DNA from: Lytechinus pictus
Taxonomy: Eukaryota
Assembly: GCF_037042905.1 (NCBI RefSeq)
Contig: NC_087245.1
Coordinates: 19,036,001-19,100,000, forward strand
DNA length: 64,000 bases
Reading direction: 5' to 3'
The position numbers and the translations under genes are program-made. The notes below the pieces were generated by a model. That model was not told where the DNA came from, did no database searches, and saw only the letters and a program-made list of their open reading frames with translations. Numbering within the stretch: position 1 is the stretch's first letter; each line of letters opens with the position of its first letter. Shown here piece by piece: positions 1-11,000 of this stretch.

Positions 1-384
1 TTCACACACGCTGTATTTGTAGGCCTACATAGTGCATTATTTAAAAATACAAATCTGCTTTCCTGTCAATTAAGCTTTACTTTTAAAACATTTTAAATCG
101 CAATTAATTATAATAAGAACAAAATCGTAATATTAAAGTATGATGAATGACTAAAAATATTTCTCCCGCTCGTGATGGACACGTTCATTATTTCATAGGC
201 GAGTATAGAACAATACAAATGAACATAGCAATAATTGACAGTGATAAACGAATCTTGATTGGATATTATTAGTATTTTACATCATCAGCAGAAGTCTTAA
301 TTATGAGAGTTATAGTTTCAATGAGTATCTGAAAACAAAACAAGCATGCAAATTACATCGTCTCATGAATACCGATGCCCATTA

Positions 385-560
385 TTTGGAAGCCTCGGAA
401 GTTTTCTTCCGAGGCTTCCAAACAAAGTCGGAACAATCTTTGGATTGAGTAAGGGCGTGGCGCGGCGCGCATGCGGTCCGTAGATGTAGTCGGTCATTGA
501 CACGCATTCACAAAATGAATCGCACTTTCTAAGGACGTAGCGATCTAGACATTGGAAAGT
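385..560 (+). promoter_or_regulatory. Candidate CpG-rich promoter of the + strand unit
   Basis: Seen: CpG-rich patch with Sp/KLF-type box GGGCGTGGC (453-461), NRF1-like GCGCATGCG (467-475) and CGGAAG ETS-like cores in an inverted repeat at 385-422, directly upstream of an ATG and a GTAAGT donor. Promoter function is inferred. Confidence 0.5.
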
Positions 561-606
561 ATGGAGTACATTATCGATGTCATTGATGTGAATAAATCTA
601 TAAACT
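561..606 (+). CDS. Candidate first coding exon of an unknown small protein (MEYIIDVIDVNKSIN + 1 nt)
   Basis: ATG at 561 in good context (aagtATGg), open to a consensus donor CT|GTAAGT at 607 (phase 1). A 5-codon upstream ORF starts at 515. No homology recognised. Confidence 0.4.
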
Positions 607-1399
607 GTAAGTATAAAATGAGATTGAATTTAAATCTTTTCTTTTGACCTTTTTCATCAGTACTTGCCTTTCTGCTTCAATCGATCGCAATTCGCGCAAC
701 CGTTACGGCTGTGTGGCCGGAGAAGCATTAAATAGACATAAAATGTGGTGCATTTAGCAGCAATCTAAGCTCTTCGATATTGATATTTTCGATAGCTACC
801 GCGCTCCGCACGGGAGGGGGGACACCCCCCTCCTGCAACCCTCCCCCCGTGCGTGCTTCGCACGCACCAAGGCCGCTGCGCGGCTTGCGTACCATCGCTT
901 CGCGCCGCCAAGCGTCAGAATGAACCTGGCGAGAACGTTGTATACACTGTACTAAAGTGATCCTTGCCATCAAAATCTTCCTAAATATGGAAAAACTAAT
1001 CCATCATTTTCTATCTAACATTGCTCTTTACATCAGCTTGAAACAATTATACTGACACACATGTACATGTAGATGTAATAGCATTACACATATGGTATAT
1101 TAGTAGTAGTACTATCGACCAGTCATCAGAAACGTGCAATAACATTACTATTTCCTTTTTACCTTGAGAGAGATAGTGTTGCTCTTCTTTTTTTCCTCCT
1201 GTGTTCAATCTATATACCCTCGTCCAAGGTTGAAAAAATATTATAGAGAGGCCTCGTTCGATAACACCTCTATATAAATGTGAGAACTAGATCCTATTTT
1301 TCTGAAGCTACATTAGAAAAGAAGCGAGGTGATTGTGTATGTGTGTGTGTCCTGTAAACCATAAAGATATTGTATTGATTTTTTTTCCTTTCAAAACAG

Positions 1400-1476
1400 A
1401 CGAGGTGCAAGAATTGGACGGGAATAATTCATATGAAATTTATTGTTATCTAGATCATGTGTGGACTCTTTATTAA
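1400..1476 (+). CDS. Candidate exon 2 of the + strand unit
   Basis: Acceptor ttttttcctttcaaaacAG|. Continues exon 1 in frame (YEVQELDGNNSYEIYCYLDHVWTLY*, stop at 1474-1476); alternatively spliced at a weak CAT|GTGTGG donor after 1458. Confidence 0.33.
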
Positions 1477-1503
1477 CTACATGTAGTACTTCCAAGAATC
1501 TAA

Positions 1504-1952
1504 GAGGCCGTTCTCATTACGCTTTCTAAAACTAGTTTACTGGAAACCGATTCAGGAAACCACTTTGGAAGATCGCTTTGCTAGCGTTCCCACTTGATCA
1601 CACGAAAGTGGTTTTCAAAATCACTTCACGTAAAGCGCTCTTGTCGCTATGGAAACGCTCTCAGTGGGGTGACACGTTTCGCGCGAAATTTGAAACCGCA
1701 GCATAGGCATTCTACACCTGTCGTGTGGAGTGGCGCGCTAAAAATGTGCGAAGATTGCTTCCCGAAGAATGGTTGTGTCCTCACTTACGCTAAAACCAGT
1801 TTAACGAGGCAAAGCGAACTTAAAAACTACATCGCGAGGTGGTTTTCCAAACTGGTTTGGAAGATCGCTTCCAAGACCGCAGTGACCGTTCTCACTACGC
1901 GTTAAACTAGTTTCCACTAAACTAGTTTTAGGAACGTAGTGAGAACAGCCTC
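1504..1952. mobile_element. Non-autonomous DNA transposon (MITE), PIF/Harbinger-like
   Basis: Imperfect TIRs of about 35 bp (GAGGCCGTTCTCATTACG... / ...CGTAGTGAGAACAGCCTC), direct 3-bp TAA flanks at 1501-1503 and 1953-1955, internal repeat of TTTGGAAGATCGCTT, CpG-rich. A TWA TSD is typical of PIF/Harbinger. Confidence 0.85.
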
Positions 1953-3147
1953 TAATAGTCATCATTACACTACGGATACTAACTATATCAGGAAAAAGCA
2001 ACATTGCCTCAGAATCAATTACTCATTCAATTTGTGCATAACCTATGATCAATTTTCAATCATTTCATGTTCATATACAACTAGAACTACAAATATGGTT
2101 TGGGTAGTGTGGGTATGTGCAGAATGATTATCATATATTTTGAGGCCTGAACATCTTCTTGGAATTTACAGATACTTTTCCTGATCAGGGAGGTGTAAAT
2201 ATGCAAATCATTACACTGTAAATACATGTATCTCTTGTGATTTCTGGTGCAAACTCATCGTTTGGCCCAGAAACCAAAATAGGGCACGGAGGAGCAGTAC
2301 CATCGCCCAGATAGCAATCAAAACTTGACAAGGAGACAGGAAATCTTTATGATTGAATCAAAGAAATCAAATTAAAATTTGTTGCCAATTCAAACCCCAT
2401 TCCACTACCTATCCATCATCACTGGTGAAACATACCTTGCACAGGCCCTTTCAGACATGGCACTACAAATCTTACAAACATACAGTTGTAGTTCACAAGT
2501 AAATTCTAGGCATTCTTTAAAATTCTTTATAAATATCAGGCATAGATCAAGTTGGGGGGAGGTGCGGGAGAATTTCATAAAATGAGAAAATTTACATGTG
2601 CAGCATGTACAATGAATTGATTGCACACCCCTTATAATGAACAATGGCTTTTTTCTTTCTCTTTTTTTTTGCTTGTCAAATTTTGCAGACACATTCGCAC
2701 CTTGTTAAAGTCCTGCTCTGGATCCGCGCCTTCAATACAGGGAAATTCTTTCAAAAGCTGAATCATCATAATGTTGCCTAGCTGTGAAAAGTGTTTTCTA
2801 TTCATATATTTAACTAAATTCATGACTAATATCGATCTTCCTCTGTTTACAATATCCAAGCTGGCATCTTTGTTAGTAAAGCGTTAAAACAAACATTAAA
2901 TATGTGTCAGAAATCGATCAACTCCCAACTGGCCTGCACATTTTCTTTATTGTTTTCTTTCTATTACGTTTTATTTGGATAAAACAAAGCATATTTGGTG
3001 TACTAAACTAATAATACAATATGTCATAAATATTTGATACCAGGGGTGGTTTTCAAAGAGGTAAACAGAGCTAAAAATCAATTTCAAAAGAGAAAAAAAC
3101 AATTTTGTGACATTTGACTGGTCTATTGCTTCCTTGAATTGATAAAG

Positions 3148-3232
3148 GAGGGTATCACCTGGTACCTAAAGGAAGAGCTGGAGTTGGAGTTGCCAAGACA
3201 AGATCTAGACATACATCAGACAACAATATCCA
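3148..3232 (+). CDS. Weak candidate internal exon (EGITWYLKEELELELPRQDLDIHQTTIS + 1 nt)
   Basis: 85-nt open stretch whose phases (0 in, 1 out) bridge candidate exons 2 and 4, but both splice sites are weak (gataaAG| and CCA|GTAAAA). Confidence 0.2.
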
Positions 3233-3776
3233 GTAAAATATATATCTAAAAATCCTGAAAGAGCTATGGTTTATCAAAAAAGTATATTCTTAACTAGTAA
3301 TATAACATAAATCAAACAAATCCACATCCAGTAACAAAATCCTATAAGAGCTCTGTTTAATGAAGTACTATACAGTGAAATTACAATTTTGTGAAATAGA
3401 AATTGGATGGATTTGATATCTCATTTCATCTGGTAATGCAGTTCTGAAGCCAATCCATTTTCCATCCATTTGAAGAGGATTTTGAAGAATATAGAATACT
3501 TATTTTAAAATTAATTTTTTTCATGATCAAAGGCTTGCCTTACTTACATGTACATGTATGGTGTAATGATAAGAATACCAATTAAATAAGGATATTTGTA
3601 GTGAAGTATGGAAGAAGACATGAGTAATAAAGAGGAGTAGCATAAAGCATAATAATCAAAATAAATCACCATCAACTCACTCATTGCACATAATAACATG
3701 CAGAGATCAGTTTCACTGATTAACTTTTAAAAAGCCATAACTTTGTTATTCTTCACTCGACTTGGATGTTTGTTTT

Positions 3777-3994
3777 CACTGTAAAAATGCTCTTTAAAAT
3801 TATAAGCACGTTGTTTTAGCCCGTCACTCTAACAACTATTATTAAGACTTTTAAATAATTGTTAAAAAATGTTGAACAACATGTTTAAGAGTTTAAACAA
3901 GTAATCAAAAAGGTTAAACAATTCTTTCTTTTTTTTTGTTAGGGTGACGAGCATAAACAAAGCGCTGAGAATTTTAAACAGTGTTTTTACAGTG
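3777..3994. mobile_element. Foldback MITE with CACTG termini (CACTA/EnSpm-like)
   Basis: CACTGTAAAAA...TTTTTACAGTG ends, inner inverted match (GTCACTCTAACAA / TTGTTAGGGTGAC), 2-bp TT on both flanks. Confidence 0.75.
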
Positions 3995-4501
3995 TTGGTG
4001 TTTTGTTTCTTTTATACTCTTTAATTTTATGTTTATTTCAAACAATAGCCCTTTAATAAACCTTTATGGGTAGTACTGTGAGAAAAGTGCTCAGATTTAA
4101 GCAGCAAGAAACTGGGACAAAAAGATGAGAGAATTGGGTGAGGTGTTAGCTTTCTATGTAGTTTTGGCACTTGGTGCATCCGTGAAGATTGCAATCTGGA
4201 ACTAAATTCAGGTATAACCTGCTTACAAAAGTGGGTCATATCTAGTTTTAGTGCAAGGAAATTTTTAAGTCTGAACATAGTTTCTATTTTGGTCAGTAAG
4301 TCATTTCTTTTGTCACTGCATAGTGCATACCAATAGAACAATTCATAGATAGACAAAAAATAAAATAAAATGAAAGTTCATGTCATTAGGTAATCAATTA
4401 ATCCACAAAACAACGAAATAGTTTATTCTAGTGCCCAGTGACAAAGCATGCATTCATTATTGGACCCTTTCCCAAAACATGTGCTAAAGTAAGCATCATT
4501 A

Positions 4502-4976
4502 GGTGGTTTCAAACCGCCTCGATCATAAGAATCCCCGTTAAATTACGAGAACTTTTTAAGGCTAAAAAATACCCATTAATTATTCCTGCATTCACACCGC
4601 CCCAAAACATACCCTTCGGGATAAGTTCCTGAAGTTACGAGCATGCGCAGTATGGTCTGTATAAGCAGGCAAGGCGGGAGATTCAAAATCACTAGCCCAA
4701 CAGCCACCCACGGTGCCCGCGCCCAACGACACACCGGGCTAAAAGTTCCCGTAAATTGCTTTCACATTGCCAAAATACCTGCGACCTTGGAAAAATCCCC
4801 GCGAAAGTTCTCGTAATTTTGCCAAGTACCTACTATTTAGCGGGTATTTTCTTTCGGGGAAATTACGCGTAGTTTGCTTTCACATTACCAAAATACCTGG
4901 TATTTTCTGATCGGGGTAAATTTCCCGATCAGAGAATACCTGGAACTGACGAACTTCGAGGCGGTCTGAAACCACC
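4502..4976 (+). mobile_element. MITE family B, copy 1 (475 bp, TA TSD)
   Basis: 21-bp TIR GGTGGTTTCAAACCGCCTCGA / TCGAGGCGGTCTGAAACCACC, TA on both sides, near-identical inverted copy at 39324-39798. Confidence 0.92.
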
Positions 4977-5629
4977 TAATGATGAATAAAATCTGCATGA
5001 ACACTAGTTTAAACCACAGATTCAAATGTCAAAACCACTGTTGTACATTCAGGCCAAGATTTTTCTTTCGAGAATTTCGGTATGTTAATTCATCTGTCCA
5101 ATTTCCAGTTCCTTCAATAAATGACCACAATGTCATTTCACATCATGACTCATCGTACTGTTAATCAATTCACAGTTTACATCCAGATTGGGAACAAAAG
5201 TATTTTAAACAATCCACAAAAGTACAGGTACCAAATAATAGAAATAACAATATCTTGGCAATCAGAAATAAAAATTTGATCAGATACAAAAATATCTGAA
5301 TAACCATGCCAAGAATAAGAAAGAAGACATGAAACTTGTTTATCTTGTATATAAATATAGAATTTCTTTCTATATGAAAAGCATGAGACAAACTGAAAGT
5401 GGATGATGTTTTGACAACCGTTATGTGGTTAAAGGCACAGACCTCTTGTTCTTTATACTATCCCAAGTTCACAAAGAGTAACCGGCATTGTTAAATCTTC
5501 GCAAATGTTAAACCACGGTTAAAAAATAGCATAAGTACCCATTGCACACATAAACATGTAAGCTTAATGAAGACAGATTGTTGCACTTATATTTTGTTCA
5601 AACATTTTGTTCATACATATTGTGCTTAA

Positions 5630-6232
5630 AGGACAAGTCCACCCCAACAAAAACTTGATTTGAATAAAAAGAGAAAAATTCAACAAGCATAACACTGAAA
5701 ATTTCATCAAAATCGGATGTAAAATAAAAAAGTTATGACATTTTATACTTTCGCTTCATTTCACAAAACAGTTATATGCACATCTCGGTCGGTATGCAAA
5801 TGAGGGAACTGATGACATCACTCACTCACTATTTCTTTTGTATTTTATTATATGAAATATGAAATATTCTGATTTTCTCGTCATTGTCATGTGAAATGAA
5901 GTTTCATTCCTCCCTGGCACATGGAATTCCATTATTTTAACATTGTTGTGCTTCAGGCAAGGAGGTCCTAATCATCAAATTCGTAAAAATTGAAATATTG
6001 TATAATTCAAACAATAAAAAACAAAAGAAATGGTGAGTGAGTGACATCATCGACTCTCTCATTTGGATGTAACTGGCTCGTTCATATAACTATTTTGTTT
6101 AAAATAAGCGAAACTTTGAAATGTCATAACTTTCTTATTTTACATCCGACTTTGATGAAATTTTCAGCATTGTGCTTGTCTGATTTTTCTCTATTGATTC
6201 AAATCAACATTTTTCTGAGGTGGACTTGACCT
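5630..6232 (+). mobile_element. MITE family A, copy 1 (TTAA TSD, AGG...CCT ends; Kolobok/T2-MITE-like)
   Basis: TTAA at 5626-5629 and 6233-6236; long imperfect TIRs starting AGGACAAGTCCACCCC; two further full copies at 43691 and 45747. TTAA with RR...YY termini is the Kolobok signature. Confidence 0.92.
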
Positions 6233-6861
6233 TTAAGAAAGGAGTTACATTCACTGACATATGCTCAGCATATTTTATTGTAGATATTGACCAATGTTTT
6301 ATGATTTTATCCATTACCAGTAAGTCATTATTCCCATGATTTTTCCATTTTGGCTGAGGATTAAAAGAAACATTAAATTTCTATTGGAAATTATATAGCC
6401 TATATACTGCAATGAATAAAAGATAAGAACGTTTAAGTAATTTTCATTAAAACATGTGCAGTCTCAAATATTACCTTCAAGTTTTATTGTGTAAGAAAGA
6501 TCAATCAATTCAAAATCTATGGCGAAATAAATTGATGGCTTTTGTTTTCTTGTTCTTTTACAAACAACATTTGCAAATTAAATGTAAATATGTCTTTCCA
6601 TTCTAGTTTGCTTGTTTGTGCTAAATTGTTATCATGTTATATCCCCTCTACTCAACAGATGAAGATTTATTTCTAAAAAATGACAAAGCCAACTTTGACT
6701 TTAGGATTTTTTCTTATTTGTATATATGAAATGCACTTCTGTACAGAGAACTAATAGGCCAGCTGAGCCCAATGCCTTTTGTGTTCTGCTCTTGTTTATG
6801 ATCAAGCTGGTCTAGCAATTTGTGGTTAATAACTACAGATTGAGTTCTGTTTTCCACATAG

Positions 6862-7079
6862 AACAACAACAGAAGCACCATGACGACACAGCCCGCCTGA
6901 AAAAGAGAAAGTTCGTCCCTCCCCCGCTAGCAGGCGGAATATTGCCTGTAAAACCACATCACTGCACAGAGGCATGTTTCTTGGGTTCTTCATTAGCAGC
7001 ACTGACCGCAAGTTCTGTTGAACAACATAAGGGATGGCAGGACTTATCTCCTCTGACAATGGCCAGCAGGAAATTATAG
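6862..7079 (+). CDS. Candidate terminal coding exon of the + strand unit (QQQKHHDDTARLKKRKFVPPP...SRKL*)
   Basis: Acceptor ttctgttttccacatAG| at 6861, GC-richer exon-like composition, 72 open codons in phase 1, ATTAAA at 7225-7230. Could equally be a non-coding exon. Confidence 0.35.
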
Positions 7080-7699
7080 AACTTCCCTCCAAGAGGAAGA
7101 ACCAATACAATTTATTGATATTTGTTTGACATTTGCAGAAGATGTACTTCTTTTGTTTCCAGTGCCCCCATTGCAGGGTGGATGGACTGAGGGCAAGAAT
7201 TACGGCAAATAGGGATGGATAGAGATTAAATCTATAAATTTCAATACGGTTTTACATTTTTCATGCTCTGATGTCCGTAAAATCACTCCCTCATCATCCA
7301 CCAGGCTCATTTATTTTCTTTCATTTTGATGCTAACTTCCGCTGTCTTTCATTGTAATCAACTGCGATCTCCTGCCCCACTTATGTTTGTCTCTATAAAT
7401 GGACATGAATGTTTGAGTTCCTTTTTATTTTTCTAATTCTGTGTTTTGCTTAAAACTATTTCATCTATTCACCCAGTCCCCATCTCTTTCAGTTTTTTTT
7501 CTTAATTTGTTCTTTACACCATACCTTTCACTCTTTTGCTCACCCGAAATTCCCCTTCCTAACTTTCTCTTTCTCGTCTCTAAATCTCCCTTAAACTTCC
7601 TCCCCCTCTGTTTCCTTTGGTACCCAAGGAAAATACTTCATTCTCACAATCAAAATTAATACTAACTTCCAGATAATTACTTTTCTCATACTTGATAAA

Positions 7700-8045
7700 T
7701 TTCCGTAAAAACTGATGCCAACAAGCATAAAATACACTTTATTTCTCATCTCAAATGCTCATTTTATCTATGTTTTATTCCCCCCCCCCCCCTTTCGATG
7801 TTTCATCTTTGACACCAACAGACATCCTACTGTTTGGTATGGTAATAGATATCTTCATCATTCTGTTACTGACAAAGGGGCTAACAAATCACGTTCTACC
7901 GCATAAGAAGATCTACCCCAACACCTGGTTTGCCGCATCTCAACACAATGCAACTCGTCACATCCAAGACCGCATCATTTGACTCCCAGAAACCCGTCTC
8001 ATCATCAGTACCATGAACCCAAACAAGTTCTGCTATGGAAGAGAT
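7700..8045 (-). ncRNA. Candidate terminal exon of the - strand unit (3' end undefined)
   Basis: Minus-strand acceptor tcccttatatatgctcacAG| at 8046, followed by exon-like sequence; several minus-strand AATAAA between 7100 and 7780. Confidence 0.3.
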
Positions 8046-11000
8046 CTGTGAGCATATATAAGGGACATATTGGCAGCACAAGATTATTAAAAGATGAGGT
8101 AAATGAAAAGTGTGGGGAGAGGGCACCAAATATAAACATTTAAATTTTAAAAACAATTAAATTAAAACTTGAAAAAAAAAGGAATTAATGGCCACTTCAC
8201 TTTTTTTTTAGAATGGAAATATTACATGATGCTCAAGTATCATTGACATTATTGACCCTTAACCAAAGCTTTTTAAGCAAGCTATAAATAAACGGTAAAA
8301 AATCATACTGTTTAGTACCAGACTGCTAGTGTGCTTCACCTCAATGTTCAGGTGTATCATTATGAAATTTATTCAAATGGTTTTTCATCAATTATTCCAA
8401 AAGAAAAACTGAAGGGAAAATCCCATTTATGATTCATTCCAACCAGGACATACAAGAATGCCCAAATGTCATCTATTTTCATGGCAGATTAGACTTGATA
8501 TATAGGCTGATTTTGGAGACTTTATTGTTGACTGATAATTACATGTATGGAATATCTAGGTCATAATGCAGTCTGTTTGTTAATTCCCTCTTATACTTGT
8601 TTCATGTCTGGAAAATGCTGGTCTGCCAAACTCAAGGTCACATGTGAATGCTACTGTATGTACACATTTGCATCAGGTATACATTTGGCTAAAAGCATTT
8701 AGCCAGTCAAAAGATTATTTGACTGTTGAGCAATTTGGTATCATACATTTTTCCAAGGAGTTACCACCATTTTGCCAGCAAAACAAATTGACTGAATGTT
8801 GAGCAATTTGGTATTATTTTCAGGGTATACTGTAAAGGGACATTCATGTTCCCTGTTGTTTTTCCTTTATCAAATCTCTAAAGGTCAATAAAGATCCAAA
8901 TCAATTTCTGCCAAAATCATTTCATACAAGTTTCCTTGAAGTTACTGTACATTTAAGGTGATAATTTGGAATCAAAACATTGATGATTGTCATAGCAACA
9001 TGACTCTCTGAAAATAGGCTTCCTTTATTGAGGAAAGTGGAAGGTTGTTGGACACACTATTTAACACTATGGCAGATTATGACCTTGAAGATATGGATCA
9101 TAAATCGAGTTGCAGCAATACTTCAACACAAATATCACAATTCACCAATCATAATAAATCAACAACTGTTCTTTCATCAGGTGGTATAATAAAACACCAT
9201 AGTAATAATCACACATTTAACTTACAATAAAGGCCAAAATAAATACATGTTGAATTGCATTTTACTCGATAAATATCTAGAGCAAAATTTTACAAACAAT
9301 AGATTAAAAAATCAATTGTTAACCCACTGACAAGTGAAATCTCCAGATTTTTGAACTCCCATATGTTTCTGATTGATTAATGGATGGATGGATGGATTGA
9401 TTGATTGATTGATCTTGCTCTCCTTCACTCAGAATATTCTTTCTTTTTATCATAATAGTGGTAAGATAATAAATTCATACTTCTACAAATTATTGGGACT
9501 TGTAATAAAGTATTTCTCAATCCTGTATCTGAAGATTGCTCACACCATGTGTAAATGAGAATAATCCAGTCTGAATATTAAATCACATCTCTCTTTCTCC
9601 AATAAGAAGTAATACCTGCTCCTCAATCACCGACTTTGCAATGCAGACACATAAATATTCCCCTGAGTTGAAAAGTGCAAAACCATTACCAAGTAAACAT
9701 TTGAGGGGCATTATACTTCCATTTTCCAAAACACAGAATGTCAATGGAGTTCCACTTTTAACCTCTTTGCTTTCTTTCTTCTTGATCAATTCCAAAATGA
9801 CAGACATTGTTGAATGAAAGCGAATGAACTCATCAGTGTCATTGCGCACAACAGTCCAGGACACACATGCCATTAATTGTTCCTCATCTTTCAAAAGTTT
9901 GAAAGTCATCAACTGACTTGTTATTTGAATATCAGACAACAAAAAGGATTAACAAAACTTGTGAGGAAAACATGTTTCCCCCCTGTGTGATTTATCTGAT
10001 AAGAGATGTTTCAATAAATCAGAATACAGGAAGTTATGGTCTGGCTGCAGACACAACGGAACATTTCCAAAACAAAGACATGATAAACTTTTGATTTGTG
10101 TTTTCGATGATAACAATTAACACCCACTGTGGCGTCACTAAAATTGTCTCATCTTTCTACTCAAAACAATCAACAAAATGAAACTTTTACATATAACACT
10201 TTAATAATTGCTGTGATAAGTTACAATGGGAAAGCCATATTCGTAAATAAAATTGAGTGTAAAAATAATACAGTAGAATCATGATTCTCCCAATTCAAAG
10301 GCAATTTTACAAGATATTATTATTTCATACATAAATAATTAAAGGGTGGGTAAAGTTGGTATTTTGGGCAAAAAATAGGGTCAGTCACCCAAGTATACAA
10401 TTTAACATTCTCCCAAATGAAATACAGCCCTGATGTTTTATTGCAGACTTCAATCTGAGAAACATTTCTAACTAAATAATAGAAAATAGAATAAAAATGG
10501 ATGGATGGTGCTATTCAATAAATATAATGAAGATAATTGTTATGCCCAACGTGATCAGAACACACTACCGAATCAGAAAATTGATGCAAACAACCATTTT
10601 GCACTATGATTGAGTCTGTAACCCTAAAAATACCCAATGGTAAGGTTCTTTTTTTTTAATTACACAATCAAAATTACACTTTTGATTTCCTCACATTAAC
10701 ACAAACAAAAATGCCAGATAATAGGCAGTTATTCAAATGCTATGAGTAGCACAAGACTGAAAGCACTCATCTGAAAAAGCTCTGAATTTGAAATCGAAGC
10801 ATGGAGACAGAGCTGCTGCTGGCCAGAAATAGAAGGTAAGCAGCACATGGGTAACTCATTACATGTAGCATATCACACATAGCTAGCATTACTCCCAGTT
10901 GGCAATGTTGTATTATACATGATAACACATTGAATCGAAAGTGAAGATGTTTCAACACTGGTCCCATCCGTAGCTTTCGGCGTCGTTTCTATCAGACATT

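Noticed and set aside
1594..1905. 103-aa ORF as a transposase fragment
   Set aside because: It lies inside a 449-bp MITE and shows no DDE or DNA-binding motif.
9583..9942. 119-aa minus-strand ORF with a CAG|GTATTA donor at 9615
   Set aside because: Non-ATG start, weak acceptors and no recognisable domain; ORFs of this length occur by chance in 64 kb. Not fully excluded as an exon.
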